Shown here: piece by piece, positions 26,452 to 36,742 of the stretch | Position numbering within the stretch: position 1 is the stretch's first letter | Layout: each line of letters begins with the position of its first letter | Assembly (NCBI GenBank): GCA_964618405.1 | Contig: CAZUAY010000002.1 | Coordinates: 1 to 42,381 of the forward strand | Length of the DNA stretch: 42,381 bases | Source of the DNA: an uncultured Lentisphaerales bacterium | GTDB lineage: Bacteria; Verrucomicrobiota; Kiritimatiellia; RFP12; UBA3636 | Direction of reading: 5' to 3' | The notes under the pieces: model-generated | Seen by the model: the letters and a program-made list of their open reading frames with translations, nothing else | The model's database searches: none | What the model was told of the DNA's origin: nothing | Translations under genes and position numbers: made by a program

Positions 26452-27381
26452 CTAATGCATCTCAACCGCGACAGAGCCGATGCCAGAACGCAGGAAGTTG
26501 AACCGAACATTAGGATGATCGGCAAGCAACGACATGGGTACGGAAGCATCGGGAATACGCTTCGAAATCATCATCGCCGTCAAGCGCATGCCAAACGGAT
26601 TGTCATGATGTCCGGGATGCCAGATGGAAACGGTATCGGTCTTCCAGGTCTCATACGGCCCTACGGTCATGGCCTCCGTCGGCACGAGTGCCACGTTGCC
26701 GCCACCGCTCGTGCGCGCATTCTGCGTAATCGTCACGGGATGCAACTTAACCTTACGGGTCTTCAACTTTCTATACGCTTCCGGACTTGGAGGTGCGTCG
26801 CGATACTTGCCTTTTCGCTGCAGCGGATCATTGAACGCCCAATGTTTGATTTCGCCTTGTCCACCTTGCATCAACACACAGCGGATGGAATCGAAGCTAC
26901 GGGAAAAATCATCCGACTCTGTGGACGGGAAATGCAGATTTTCCGCCGACATACGTAATGACTTATCGATACGATTTAAGCAGAGTGATTTGACGCACTT
27001 AACGAAAGAAAGCGGATGACTTTCGGGAACGGTCTGGCCATCAATGACCCACTCGTCCATACCCCAAAAATGCGCATCTTTCAAATTCAGGCCAAGCGCA
27101 TTCACGAGCTGGGCAACAATGGGGAGTTGTTCTGTCGGTCCGATCGGCCCACAAATGCCTGCAGGATTGTCTGGCGTGGACTGCTTCCAAGCTTCGATAT
27201 ACTCCAGCGCCTCAGCCGCATAAAATTCTTCTACGGTGTCGTAAATGCTGACCTTAAAACCAGGACGCGACAGTTGCGCCAAATCTTTCGGTTTCAGCTT
27301 TGCGGCATCGCTCAAAATTTCTGAATCAAGCGTGGTATAATCCCACCATTCTGGGGCAAGTTTACTGAGTGGACGTTTCAT
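26452..27381 (-). CDS. Glucosamine-6-phosphate deaminase/isomerase-like (NagB/6PGL superfamily) protein
   Basis: 309 aa. The blocks [20 protein letters not shown] and [14 protein letters not shown] parallel the NagB blocks (GLATGSTP, FNLDEY, HPxSY, GIGxxGHIAFNEP). It is co-oriented with, and overlaps, the PIG-L gene. Confidence 0.6.
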   Translation of the reverse strand: MKRPLSKLAPEWWDYTTLDSEILSDAAKLKPKDLAQLSRPGFKVSIYDTVEEFYAAEALEYIEAWKQSTPDNPAGICGPIGPTEQLPIVAQLVNALGLNLKDAHFWGMDEWVIDGQTVPESHPLSFVKCVKSLCLNRIDKSLRMSAENLHFPSTESDDFSRSFDSIRCVLMQGGQGEIKHWAFNDPLQRKGKYRDAPPSPEAYRKLKTRKVKLHPVTITQNARTSGGGNVALVPTEAMTVGPYETWKTDTVSIWHPGHHDNPFGMRLTAMMISKRIPDASVPMSLLADHPNVRFNFLRSGIGSVAVEMH

Positions 27382-28153
27382 GATAATCTCCTTTTAATAT
27401 TGCTTTCATCGGATTGAAATCCGCAGGGCAGAATCCAAGCGAATTATGACGGCACCAGCCTTCTGCATGTTCGAAATGGCCCGATAGAGTTCCGACTTCA
27501 AGACTCAGGCGTTCCATTTCGCTCAAATAGGCGTTCATTCCTTGACTGACATCGAGCCACTCCTTCTGACTCTTGTGGCAACTGAGAAGCTCTCGTTTGC
27601 GGCTGATCACGGAAGTCGTATCAACAAAGCAATCCGCTTTAATCTGATGCCCAAGTGAATCTCTGAGTCCATGCGGAAACGCATGGTAGAGTGCAACGGA
27701 TCCCTGCCACGGCTGTCGCGGTGGCACCGTGACGTACGGAGCCATGCCGCGGCTAAAAGCGGCTGTTGTGATGAGGCGACAAACATTCTGATGATCTTCC
27801 ATGTAGTCGTTCACAGCCTGTGTCAAAATGATGGAGGGTTGAATCTCTCGCACCACAGCCGAAACCCGCGCAAGGGAGTTCTGGTCGTAAAAAACAGAAA
27901 GATCATCGAAAAGCGGGGCGTGGAAAGTAGCGCCTGCGAGCTTGGCGGACGCTGCCACCTCTGCCGCACGAATCGCGATAATCCTCTCTTTCGATTCGTG
28001 TGCCGTGCCGCAACACCCATTCGCAAGATTCCAGAAATGAATGCTCGCACCACGATCCGAAAACTGCAACATCGTTCCAGCCATCATAAATTCGATGTCG
28101 TCAGGATGCGCTACAGCGGCCAAAACCACGACATCCGATTTGTTTTGATTCAT
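27362..28153 (-). CDS. PIG-L/LmbE family N-acetylglucosaminyl deacetylase
   Basis: 263 aa. It has the [18 protein letters not shown] zinc-binding signature (AHPDDxE), and later His/Asp blocks are present. Confidence 0.8.
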   Translation of the reverse strand: MNQNKSDVVVLAAVAHPDDIEFMMAGTMLQFSDRGASIHFWNLANGCCGTAHESKERIIAIRAAEVAASAKLAGATFHAPLFDDLSVFYDQNSLARVSAVVREIQPSIILTQAVNDYMEDHQNVCRLITTAAFSRGMAPYVTVPPRQPWQGSVALYHAFPHGLRDSLGHQIKADCFVDTTSVISRKRELLSCHKSQKEWLDVSQGMNAYLSEMERLSLEVGTLSGHFEHAEGWCRHNSLGFCPADFNPMKAILKGDYHETSTQ

Positions 28154-28256
28154 TTTATTCTCCAGTCAAACTTCTTCAAGTAAAGAACCCTTACGAAAAG
28201 AGGTAAAATTATCGCACAGATCGCATACTGAGGCAATCGAAATTGACCCTTAGAGA

Positions 28257-28296
28257 GTAATCGGTCAGGCACAGCCCCCTGTGCCTGACCGATTAC
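28257..28296. repeat. 40-bp perfect palindromic element, copy 2 (CCCC loop), flanked by a 9-bp direct duplication
   Basis: Sequence is gtaatcggtcaggcacag-cccc-ctgtgcctgaccgattac, a 40/40 reverse complement of 4081-4120. It is flanked by ccttagaga at 28248-56 and 28297-305. Confidence 0.85.
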
Positions 28297-28326
28297 CCTT
28301 AGAGATGCCGAAATTTCAGACGCCCG

Positions 28327-28494
28327 TCAGGGACGGCGAAGGACAGGAAGCGCACGGTTCGTGCGCTGTACGTTCGCGTTGTCCGGGAATCTCTGGGCGA
28401 TGTCCCGACCGGCACTTGAGCTGGACAGCGAAAGGCAAAGCCTTCTCAGTTGCTCGACGTGGCGAAGCCGCCGACTGATGGCTTCGGAGCTCAT
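28327..28494 (-). CDS. Small hypothetical protein coupled to the nucleotidyltransferase gene
   Basis: The ATG at 28494 lies 1 nt after the upstream stop codon. The product is 55 aa (MSSEAISRRLRHVEQLRRLCLSL...). The tracked ORF (74 aa) starts further upstream, inside the NTase gene. There is no recognisable domain, so coding status is uncertain. Confidence 0.3.
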   Translation of the reverse strand: MSSEAISRRLRHVEQLRRLCLSLSSSSAGRDIAQRFPDNANVQRTNRALPVLRRP

Positions 28495-28495
28495 A

Positions 28496-28969
28496 TCAAT
28501 TTTCATCGCTGATGCTCCTGAGGTGCTTGATGTCATCGAGATCTTTCCCACTTCGGCGAAAGGACTTCAGCAACACGAGTCCTTCGGGAGACACCACCTT
28601 GAGGACGCCCCCTTCCCAAGTGACTTCCCGTCGCGTCTCCCATGCCTTCGACGTCCTCGGGGTGACCAGCAGGAAGTCCAGCATAAGCTCGGAACCACTT
28701 TCCATGTCGGCCTTAACCAGACGATAAATCTGCACGTCGCCGCCGTGAAAGGTCATCGGTGCTCCGCTCAGTGTGAATCCAAGAGGTTCGAGGACTCGCT
28801 TGGCGCTGAACAGCGAGTCGATCTGGATGAGCAGATCAATGTCCAGTGTGGCGCGCGGAAGGTCGTAGACGGCCATCGCAAGTCCGCCGCACAGGGCATA
28901 CTCAATTCCCTCGCGGTTTAAGACCTCCGTCACGGCCTTCAATTCTGCAAGAATGTCCATAGTCTCCAC
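28496..28969 (-). CDS. Minimal nucleotidyltransferase-fold protein (AbiEii/DUF2204-like)
   Basis: 157 aa. CGGLAMAVYDLPRATLDIDLLI carries the G-G...DxD pol-beta-type NTase signature. The C-terminal KSFRRSGKDLDDIKHL block is common in this family. Confidence 0.6.
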   Translation of the reverse strand: METMDILAELKAVTEVLNREGIEYALCGGLAMAVYDLPRATLDIDLLIQIDSLFSAKRVLEPLGFTLSGAPMTFHGGDVQIYRLVKADMESGSELMLDFLLVTPRTSKAWETRREVTWEGGVLKVVSPEGLVLLKSFRRSGKDLDDIKHLRSISDEN

Positions 28970-29203
28970 CTTTTCTCGCCATGTGCGGCCATGATGTTCG
29001 TTGTGCGCCAGGGCCGAAACGTCCTTTCACCTGTAGCCTGCATTGACAGATAAGATTTTAGCACATTCGACTTGCTGACGCAACAAGTAAACGCGCCATT
29101 AAAAGCCAATAAAACGAGTAAAGCGAATAAAGCCTTTTCTTTCTGACACTGAAATGATACTTTAGACACCGTGATGGAAACTTATCATCCAGAAAGGATT
29201 ACG

Positions 29204-30046
29204 ATGCAACATGGAATTAGTTATTGGTCATTCAAAGACGGACTGGCGGGAACGCATCCGATTAAAGATGCACTTCTTGAGGCGAAACGGGCTGGATTTG
29301 AGGCGCTCGAACTCTGCATCGGCAAGACTGGGGAACTCTCCGTTACCACGACCGAAAAAGAGTGCGCGGAAATTCGCAAGTTGATCGACCGGTCTGGCCT
29401 CGTCGTGGAGACGCTCGCTACCGGGATGAGTTGGGATGTTTGTCCGACACACCCCGACGCCACAGTTCGGCGCGAATCCATCGCGTTGCACAAGGCTGCG
29501 CTGAAGCGGTGCGGATGGCTCGGTTGCAAGTCTTTACTTGTCGTTCCGGGAGCCATCCACATACCGTGGATGCCTGACTTCCCATCCGTACCCTACGAGC
29601 AGGCTATTAAGCGAGCGGTTCGCGCGGTGAGTGCGCTGGTGCCAGTCGCCGAGATGTGCCGCGTCGAGATTTGTCTCGAAAATGTCTGGAATGGCCTGTT
29701 CTACTCCCCGCTCGAATTCTGCTCCGTCATTGATCATTTTGAGAGTCCTTGGGTAAAAGCCTATTTCGATATTGGCAACGTGCTCGGCTATCATCAAGAC
29801 CCTGCTGATTGGATCAAAATCTTGGGCAAGCGGATTGGCCGCGTGCACGCCAAGGATTTCAAACGCAGTGTCGGTGGTCTGGAAGGCTTCTGCGATCTCG
29901 GGCAGGGCGATGTACCATGGGCCGAGGTTTCTGCTGCCTTGAAAAAAATTGGCTACTCGCGCACGGTGATTGCAGAAATGATGCCGTGGCGGCCTGGTCT
30001 GCTTAAAAAAACAGCCACCTCACTCAAAAAACTTATCCCCGCCTAA
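29204..30046 (+). CDS. Sugar phosphate isomerase/epimerase (xylose isomerase-like TIM barrel)
   Basis: Has the blocks GFEALEL, LVVPG, CLENVWN, DIGNV and VHAKD, typical of the AP_endonuc_2/XI-like TIM family. The start is chosen at ATG 29204, which has AAAGGA 5 nt upstream. The tracked ORF begins at 29171. Confidence 0.75.
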   Translation: MQHGISYWSFKDGLAGTHPIKDALLEAKRAGFEALELCIGKTGELSVTTTEKECAEIRKLIDRSGLVVETLATGMSWDVCPTHPDATVRRESIALHKAALKRCGWLGCKSLLVVPGAIHIPWMPDFPSVPYEQAIKRAVRAVSALVPVAEMCRVEICLENVWNGLFYSPLEFCSVIDHFESPWVKAYFDIGNVLGYHQDPADWIKILGKRIGRVHAKDFKRSVGGLEGFCDLGQGDVPWAEVSAALKKIGYSRTVIAEMMPWRPGLLKKTATSLKKLIPA

Positions 30047-30057
30047 AGGAGTTTTCA

Positions 30058-31080
30058 ATGATCAACGTAGGCGTTATCGGTATTGGCATGATGGGAAATA
30101 CCCATCTTGATGTTTATGCGCAACATACTCTGGCGACGATTGTCGCGGTTAGCGACATCGACCCCGAAAGGTTAAGCGGTCGGGCACGAGCCAAGGGAAA
30201 CATTGAAGGACAAGCCCAGAGTCGGTTTGACCCGAGCACGGCACGACAATATGACGAGGGCATGAAGCTGATTGCCGACCCGGAAGTTGAGCTCGTCGAC
30301 ATCTGCCTTCCCACTCCGTTGCATCTGGAATACGCTTGCGCTGCCTTACGCGCGGGCAAGCATGTGATGGTAGAAAAACCAGTCGCCCGAACCGCTGGAC
30401 AAGCCGACAAGCTGGCTGCGTGCGCGGCCGAAGCGGCGCTGAACGGCCAGTTCGCCATGCCAGGCATGTGCATGCGCTTCTGGCCGGGATGGGACTGGCT
30501 GAAGAAAGAAGTCATCCAAGGTCAACGCTACGGACGCATCGTCGCAGCGCATTTTCGTCGCGTTTCTGCCCATCCTAACACAGACTTCTATAGATCGGGC
30601 GATGCCTGTGGCGGCGCGATCTTGGATCTTCACGTTCACGACACTGATTTCGTGCAGTGGTGCTTCGGTATGCCAAAGGCTGTCACGAGTCACGGATACA
30701 GTAAGATCACGAGTGAAATCGATCACGTCTTTACGCGTTACGACTTCGGCGAGGGAGGCCCGCTCGTCACGGCAGAAGGGGCATGGGCCATGGCGGATGG
30801 ATTCCCGTTTACGATGCAGTTCACAGTGAACTGCGAACGCGCTTCCATCGTGTTCGACATTGCAGCCGATTCCGCTCTCAAGGTTTATCGCGAAGGCCGC
30901 ACCGAAGTCATTCCCCTCGCAGAGGGCATGGGCTATACGCACGAGATCAACTATTTTTTGAACTGTATTAAACGCGGCATGCCACCTCAGATTGTGACCA
31001 TTGAGGACGCTGCACGATCGGTTCGGATTGTTGAAGCGGAGGCCAAGAGCATTCGCACAAGCAACACCGTCCTGCTCTAA
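30058..31080 (+). CDS. Gfo/Idh/MocA family NAD(P)-dependent oxidoreductase
   Basis: Has the N-terminal Rossmann motif INVGVIGIGMMGNTH and the EKP motif (VMVEKPVA). An AGGAG SD precedes the ATG. It forms an operon with the TIM-barrel gene. Confidence 0.85.
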   Translation: MINVGVIGIGMMGNTHLDVYAQHTLATIVAVSDIDPERLSGRARAKGNIEGQAQSRFDPSTARQYDEGMKLIADPEVELVDICLPTPLHLEYACAALRAGKHVMVEKPVARTAGQADKLAACAAEAALNGQFAMPGMCMRFWPGWDWLKKEVIQGQRYGRIVAAHFRRVSAHPNTDFYRSGDACGGAILDLHVHDTDFVQWCFGMPKAVTSHGYSKITSEIDHVFTRYDFGEGGPLVTAEGAWAMADGFPFTMQFTVNCERASIVFDIAADSALKVYREGRTEVIPLAEGMGYTHEINYFLNCIKRGMPPQIVTIEDAARSVRIVEAEAKSIRTSNTVLL

Positions 31081-33011
31081 TCCTGAGCAGGCTTCCAATC
31101 ACCCTGCTCGGGAAACACGCTCACCTTCTCCCCCGCGCCACACGCATCATAACATTGCTTTGTCCATTCGTAAGCTTTTGGGATTTTGCCAATAAAGCTA
31201 ATCGGTCTCGGGAAAGCCAGCGCCAGGTTGTGGGGGAGGTCGCCAATTTTGAGAACATTCAAAAATTCCGGCCCCCCGTTCCAATGCGTAACCCCAGGAT
31301 CCTCCAAGATGATCTCCGTAACCTCTGGATCAAGTAACGCCGCATAAATAGCCACAGCCGCATCGTAGCCGCGCCCATAGACGACAATATTCTTGACACC
31401 TTGCTGCCTCCGAAACATTTGAATGGCCGCCAACAAATCGAGCGTCTTCCGTTCATAATAAGTCTGGCCCACAATCGGGTAAGCGCGCCTAGCCGTCCAT
31501 TCAATCCCGGCTCCGATCGAGCTCCCACCTGTCCCGCGAACCTCGACGCAGGCATACCCCGCCTCCAGCTTGCTAAACGCCTCGTTGTTAGCGCCCTGTA
31601 AGAAAAACGCCGTGTGCGCATCGGGCAGCATGGTGCCGACAATCAGCGGATACGGCCATGGACCACCAATCGGGCTGGCCGCGTTCGCCCGAATCTGCAT
31701 GCCAGGCTCTGAATAAAATTCGTAGGCGTGAAACCGGTGATCAATGCTGATGCCCAGTTCCCTTCCTACCGTATTGAAAGGTTGAATCACTTCCGGAATC
31801 TGCCGAAATGTTAGCTCGCGCAGTTTGTCCAGACAGACAGACTGATACCGTTTCCATTCGTCACGCCCCTTCAGTTCCGGCAATCCCGGCAACGGAAGAA
31901 AGAACGAATCGATCTCTTTCATCTTATCGTCAGCAGGAGGCTTCATATTCACATAGACGGCCAAGTTTTCGTCCTTTTCAGGCGTCTCTGCGAGGTCATC
32001 CGTCACGGGGACGTTTGAGCCCTTCAGATGTTTTTCAAACCAGTTAAATAGCGGCAAACGTGTTTCCTTAGAATAGCCGTGCAGCATCACGGCCTCGACC
32101 AGCGCGATCATGTCCTCGCATCCATAAAGTTTATACACGTGCCGAACGCGTTGAACGACGTCTCGGAATGCATACGGACGGAAGAGCGTGTCCTCTGACG
32201 ATGCACAGACCATGAGTGGGCGTGGAGCGATAAGACTTGCGAGTTCAGGAAAATCCCATTCGTACGTGTTCACCCAGAAGGTGCAGTCACAGTGCCCTTG
32301 GATCGTTCGATCGCGGACGTGTTGGTACAGGTTCCCCGTCTGACAGGATGGGACGACAACTTTGAAACGGGGGTCAGCCGCTCCGGCAAACCACGCGATC
32401 GTTCCTCCTCCCGAATTACCCGTGATACCAAGCTTTTCCGCATCGACCTCCGGACGTGCTTGTAGATAGTCCGCTGCACGCATGGCCGCCCACACCTCTA
32501 CGCTAGCCGGCGAATAACCCTGACTGTACCAATGCCACCAGCCCTTGAAAAAAGTCCCACTGTGAACGCCAGTGTTTTCGCACATTTGGATCGGGTCAAG
32601 GATGATGGCCACATAGCCATGTTCGGCAAACCAACGAGGATGTAACTCATAATAAAACTTGCCTCTTTTGGAATGTCCACAAAGATAAACAATCGCAGGA
32701 AGCTTACCCTTGATGACTTTCGGCCGATACAAATTGGCGGCAATTCTGCAACCCGGCACCGGTTCGAAATGTAACTTTTCCACCACATAATTACCCCGAT
32801 CGAGAATACCCGTCACCGTAACATTCAGATCGGTACGTGGCGGCAAGGGGTCAAGTCCTAGCATTTTCATCCATTTCTGGTGCTTCTCAGGAAGTGCTTC
32901 TTGCCACACCTCTAACGGCGGAATGTTGAAGAGCGAATTGCTCGTCACCTCGAGAGCTTTCTTAACAAGACAGGCGTACAATTGTGTCGGTTCTTCTACG
33001 GCAGTGATCAT
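31077..33011 (-). CDS. Alpha/beta hydrolase (acetyl-xylan-esterase / dienelactone-hydrolase-like), apparently two-domain
   Basis: The block LPAIVYLCGHS is followed by the nucleophile elbow GITGNSGGG. The start is taken at ATG 33011, which has GGAGG 9 nt upstream. The C-terminal half contains a second, degenerate elbow-like segment (VYGRGYDAAVA). Confidence 0.65.
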   Translation of the reverse strand: MITAVEEPTQLYACLVKKALEVTSNSLFNIPPLEVWQEALPEKHQKWMKMLGLDPLPPRTDLNVTVTGILDRGNYVVEKLHFEPVPGCRIAANLYRPKVIKGKLPAIVYLCGHSKRGKFYYELHPRWFAEHGYVAIILDPIQMCENTGVHSGTFFKGWWHWYSQGYSPASVEVWAAMRAADYLQARPEVDAEKLGITGNSGGGTIAWFAGAADPRFKVVVPSCQTGNLYQHVRDRTIQGHCDCTFWVNTYEWDFPELASLIAPRPLMVCASSEDTLFRPYAFRDVVQRVRHVYKLYGCEDMIALVEAVMLHGYSKETRLPLFNWFEKHLKGSNVPVTDDLAETPEKDENLAVYVNMKPPADDKMKEIDSFFLPLPGLPELKGRDEWKRYQSVCLDKLRELTFRQIPEVIQPFNTVGRELGISIDHRFHAYEFYSEPGMQIRANAASPIGGPWPYPLIVGTMLPDAHTAFFLQGANNEAFSKLEAGYACVEVRGTGGSSIGAGIEWTARRAYPIVGQTYYERKTLDLLAAIQMFRRQQGVKNIVVYGRGYDAAVAIYAALLDPEVTEIILEDPGVTHWNGGPEFLNVLKIGDLPHNLALAFPRPISFIGKIPKAYEWTKQCYDACGAGEKVSVFPEQGDWKPAQD

Positions 33012-33272
33012 ATCGAGAACCCTCCCAACGTAGCACACAAGACCGTGGTAAAAATGGAAGAGCGGTCAAATTTTTCGGGCAAACGGCATAACATTTTCAT
33101 CGTGAAATCCTTGCTGAATAATCCGGTATCAAAACAAACGAAATCGTAACACGGAGCCTTGCTCTTGTCTAGCTTCCCTTTCTCCGCCCCGAGTTCAATC
33201 ACGATCACCGCTTGAAATACACCCACTTTTATGCTATAAGTATTCCTTTAGTCGAACCAAGGAGTTAAAAAA

Positions 33273-34556
33273 ATGGCAACCGCAATCGTAGGCGCAAACT
33301 GGGGTGATGAAGGCAAGGGAAAAATGACAGATCTGCTTGCACTTGAGGCCGATGTCATCGTCCGCTTTCAAGGAGGCAACAACGCTGGGCATACCATCAT
33401 CAATGATAAAGGTCGCTTTGCCCTACACCTTCTGCCGTCAGGCGTATTCAACCCCAAGGTGATGAACGTCATCGGCACAGGCGTGGCGCTCAACATCAAG
33501 GCATTTAAAGCAGAACTCGACGAACTTAAGGCCAAGGGAATTGTGCCGCAAATTGCCATTTCTGATCGCGCACAGGTTCTTCTCGACGTCCATAAGCAAC
33601 TTGATGCGTGGGAAGAAGTCCGCCTCGGAAAAGAAAGTTTCGGCTCTACCAAATCGGGTATTGCGCCTTTCTATGCAGACAAATATTCGAAGATTGGTTT
33701 TCAGGTTTGTGAACTGTTCGATCCAGACTACCTCAAGTCGCGCATCAAACTTTTCTGCGACCGCAAGAACCCGCTCCTCACCACCATCTATAACCAACCG
33801 CCTCTTAAACCTGAGGCCATTGAAGCCGAACTTCGCGAGCTCGCGGAGATCGTCAAGCCCTACGCTTGCGACACCGCTGCCCTGCTTCGACGAGCCATTG
33901 CCGAACGCAAGCGCATTCTCCTTGAAGGACAGCTTGGAGCACTCAAGGATACTGACCATGGCATTTACCCCATGGTAACCTCCTCCTCCCCGCTCGCTGG
34001 CTTTGCCTCAATTGGTGCCGGCATCCCTCCGTATGAGATTACGGATATCATCACGGTCGTCAAGGCCTACTCCAGCGCCGTCGGTGCGGGTCCATTTGTT
34101 TCCGAGATTTTCGGGGATGAAGCGCAAGAGCTGAGAATACGCGGTGGAGACAAAGGCGAATTCGGTGCAACCACGGGCCGGCCGCGCCGTATGGGCTGGT
34201 TCGACGTTGTCGCGACACGCTACGGATGTCAAATCCAAGGTGCGACCGAAGTCGCGCTGACCCTCGTCGATGCCCTCGGATACCTCGATGAAGTCCCCGT
34301 CTGCACGGGCTATGAAATCGACGGCAAAGTCGTCAATGATTTCCCAGCCACACCTGCACTCTACCGTGCCAAACCGATTGTCGAGAAGCTCCCCGGCTGG
34401 AAGAGCGATATCCGCGGTGCTCGCGACTGGAACAAACTTCCTGCTGCCGTACGCGATTACGTCAAGTACATCGAGAAAGCCATTGGCTTCCCAATTACGC
34501 TTTTCTCAACGGGCCCAGGTCGCGAAGATATCATCCGCCTCGGCAAACGCGCATAA
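33273..34556 (+). CDS. purA: Adenylosuccinate synthetase
   Basis: Has the P-loop GANWGDEGKGKMTD, GGNNAGHT and TTGRPRRMGWFD. The length is 427 aa. Confidence 0.95.
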   Translation: MATAIVGANWGDEGKGKMTDLLALEADVIVRFQGGNNAGHTIINDKGRFALHLLPSGVFNPKVMNVIGTGVALNIKAFKAELDELKAKGIVPQIAISDRAQVLLDVHKQLDAWEEVRLGKESFGSTKSGIAPFYADKYSKIGFQVCELFDPDYLKSRIKLFCDRKNPLLTTIYNQPPLKPEAIEAELRELAEIVKPYACDTAALLRRAIAERKRILLEGQLGALKDTDHGIYPMVTSSSPLAGFASIGAGIPPYEITDIITVVKAYSSAVGAGPFVSEIFGDEAQELRIRGGDKGEFGATTGRPRRMGWFDVVATRYGCQIQGATEVALTLVDALGYLDEVPVCTGYEIDGKVVNDFPATPALYRAKPIVEKLPGWKSDIRGARDWNKLPAAVRDYVKYIEKAIGFPITLFSTGPGREDIIRLGKRA

Positions 34557-34569
34557 GGCATCAACACAT

Positions 34570-35634
34570 GTGAGAGTGCTTTCATTATTTCCAGAAATCC
34601 AGTATTTTTGCTATGGCTTTCCCCAGCCACAGTATCTGGGTGCAAAGTATATTCATCGAAACTGGATCGCGCAGTTTTTTCCAGAAACAGCAAAAATAGC
34701 TCTTGATGCATTTGGAGGGTCGCAGTCTATTTCTTTTTTGATGAAACAACATGGACTTCAGACAATCACCAACGACTTTCTGCGTTGCAATCACGAAATC
34801 GGATTAGCTCTAATCGAAAACACTTGCGAAACTCTCTCGGGAGCAAATGTTTGCACTTTGTTTTCCGAGAACCCAGACCCTACCTACTACAATCTTTTTG
34901 AGCAATTGTACTCAAATCTTTTTTTTCAAGAAGAGGAGTGTAAACTTCTTGATGCCTTCAGAGGAAACGTAGAACGGCTGGAGAGTCCGTATAAAAAAGC
35001 GCTTGCCATTGCTGTTATGAATCGAAGTATGACACGAAAAGTCACGATGGGGCACTTTGCACATACACAAGCACTCGTGTATGCATCAAGTCCTGCGCGT
35101 ATTAAGCGTAATTCGAGTCTTATTCGCCCAATCAAAGAAATTTTCATGGGTATGTTAAAGGAATACAATGAAGCTGTTTTCGATAACGGTCAAATGAATC
35201 GAAGTTTCAACTGCGATACGATTGAACTCCTTTCCGAGTTGCAAGATATTGATCTCGTATATTTCGATCCGCCGTATTGCGATAGCCATGCCGACTATCA
35301 AGGTTTTTATCATCTACTAGAAACCTTTTCGATGTACTGGAAGGATAAGGATTTTGTTAATTCTACGAAACGATATCATCCCAAGCGTCCTAGTGGCTTT
35401 GACAAGAAGGCGACCATTATACAATCGTTCGAAGCTTTATTTGAAAAGGCGAAAAACATTCCTCATTGGATTCTAAGCTATAATGATCGAAGTTATCCCG
35501 ACATCAGAACCATGGTTGAACTTATTTCGAAATATAAGCATACCTCAGTTATGCATAAGAAATATGACTTTGGACGAGGCGGCAAAGGGAGCGTAGCTGG
35601 AAGTAGCGAAATTCTTATTATCGGGAAACCTTAG
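34570..35634 (+). CDS. Alpha-class (D12/Dam-like) N6-adenine DNA methyltransferase, Type II
   Basis: Has the N-terminal YLGAKY block, motif I DAFGGSQS (34705-34728) and motif IV FDPPYC (35263-35280). The tracked ORF (from 34270) overlaps purA out of frame. The only in-frame starts downstream of the purA stop and upstream of motif I are GTG 34570 and GTG 34576. Confidence 0.75.
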   Translation: MRVLSLFPEIQYFCYGFPQPQYLGAKYIHRNWIAQFFPETAKIALDAFGGSQSISFLMKQHGLQTITNDFLRCNHEIGLALIENTCETLSGANVCTLFSENPDPTYYNLFEQLYSNLFFQEEECKLLDAFRGNVERLESPYKKALAIAVMNRSMTRKVTMGHFAHTQALVYASSPARIKRNSSLIRPIKEIFMGMLKEYNEAVFDNGQMNRSFNCDTIELLSELQDIDLVYFDPPYCDSHADYQGFYHLLETFSMYWKDKDFVNSTKRYHPKRPSGFDKKATIIQSFEALFEKAKNIPHWILSYNDRSYPDIRTMVELISKYKHTSVMHKKYDFGRGGKGSVAGSSEILIIGKP

Positions 35635-35635
35635 A

Positions 35636-36742
35636 ATGAAAACATTTGAATATTGGAATGCGTGTTTTCGTGAGCAAAAACTCCTAGAACTCAGCACGGA
35701 TAGGTTAGGTCTATTGTGGTTGAAAATTAAATCAATTACTCGTAAAGAGATTCTTCTAAAGTTTGCTTTAGAACACTCGATACAACTTAAAGCAACAACA
35801 CTTGGAATCCAATTCCAAGAACTGTATTCTCAACTTTCTTCCAATCTCGATAAATCCCATGAAATACTAGACTCTTTTATCCAGCAGGCTGCAAAAAAAG
35901 AACTCTTGGCCTTAGACATCACGGCAATTGAGTCAAACCTGTATAAAGTACAATTCTTCGAATGGGGTGGTGATTACCGGAATTCACTAGACAAGTTCCT
36001 AGTCAGTACTTATGTGAAAACCAATAAAATAATCCCATACGATGAACTTGTCTCTGAGTTTGATAATGCGATCAAAAAATTTGCTTCAGGCTATGTAGTA
36101 AACAGTTGGTATAACTACTGGTCATCTGTCTTGACAGAATGGATATTTAAAACACATCAACGTGTCCTCCCAACAATTGGAAAGATCAAAAACGTTGATT
36201 TCTTTATTGGCGGTATCCCTTTCGATTTAAAAGTCACATATCTGCCCAAAAAATACATTAAAATTGTAGCAAAAAAACTAAATATCCCAACGGAATTGTC
36301 ATATTTAAAGACCGCTGCAAAAAAATGCAACATCACATTTGACTGCACCGCAAGTGATGAGCAATGCCAATATGAAATCACAGAGAAACTCAGGAATAAA
36401 AGAGATATAGCCTGTAAAAACGCCCTAGCCACAATTCAGAAGAATCGGATTGATATCTTGAATCACTCGATGCAGCACAAAGTCGAGCTGATTAAGTGGC
36501 TCTACGAGAATCAAGGGGAAATGAGATTTGGATCCGAAAATCGTATCTTCGTTTTACTTGCAGACACCAATAACTTCGCGGAATCTTGGAAGCTGAAACG
36601 AAACATGGAGATATTAAAACCTGCCATTAAGTGCTATCTTGATGGGTTCTCAGTCGATAACCTTGAATCCATGAAAACAAATTTCACGTTTAAGGAAAAA
36701 ACATATTCGGCATTTGCTGACTTAATTTTTATTGTAAAATAA
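35636..36742 (+). CDS. Candidate Type II restriction endonuclease (PD-(D/E)xK-like motif)
   Basis: 368-aa ORF whose start codon directly abuts the methylase stop codon. It is AT-rich. A possible catalytic core is NVDFFIGGIPFDLKV (36194-36235; D...DxK). The assignment rests on context and this motif only. Confidence 0.5.
   Translation: MKTFEYWNACFREQKLLELSTDRLGLLWLKIKSITRKEILLKFALEHSIQLKATTLGIQFQELYSQLSSNLDKSHEILDSFIQQAAKKELLALDITAIESNLYKVQFFEWGGDYRNSLDKFLVSTYVKTNKIIPYDELVSEFDNAIKKFASGYVVNSWYNYWSSVLTEWIFKTHQRVLPTIGKIKNVDFFIGGIPFDLKVTYLPKKYIKIVAKKLNIPTELSYLKTAAKKCNITFDCTASDEQCQYEITEKLRNKRDIACKNALATIQKNRIDILNHSMQHKVELIKWLYENQGEMRFGSENRIFVLLADTNNFAESWKLKRNMEILKPAIKCYLDGFSVDNLESMKTNFTFKEKTYSAFADLIFIVK

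Noticed and set aside
34270-34569. 5' extension of the methyltransferase ORF into purA
   Set aside because: This part is an out-of-frame read-through of the purA coding sequence, and its product is Ser/Ala-rich with no MTase similarity. The true start must lie after the purA stop.
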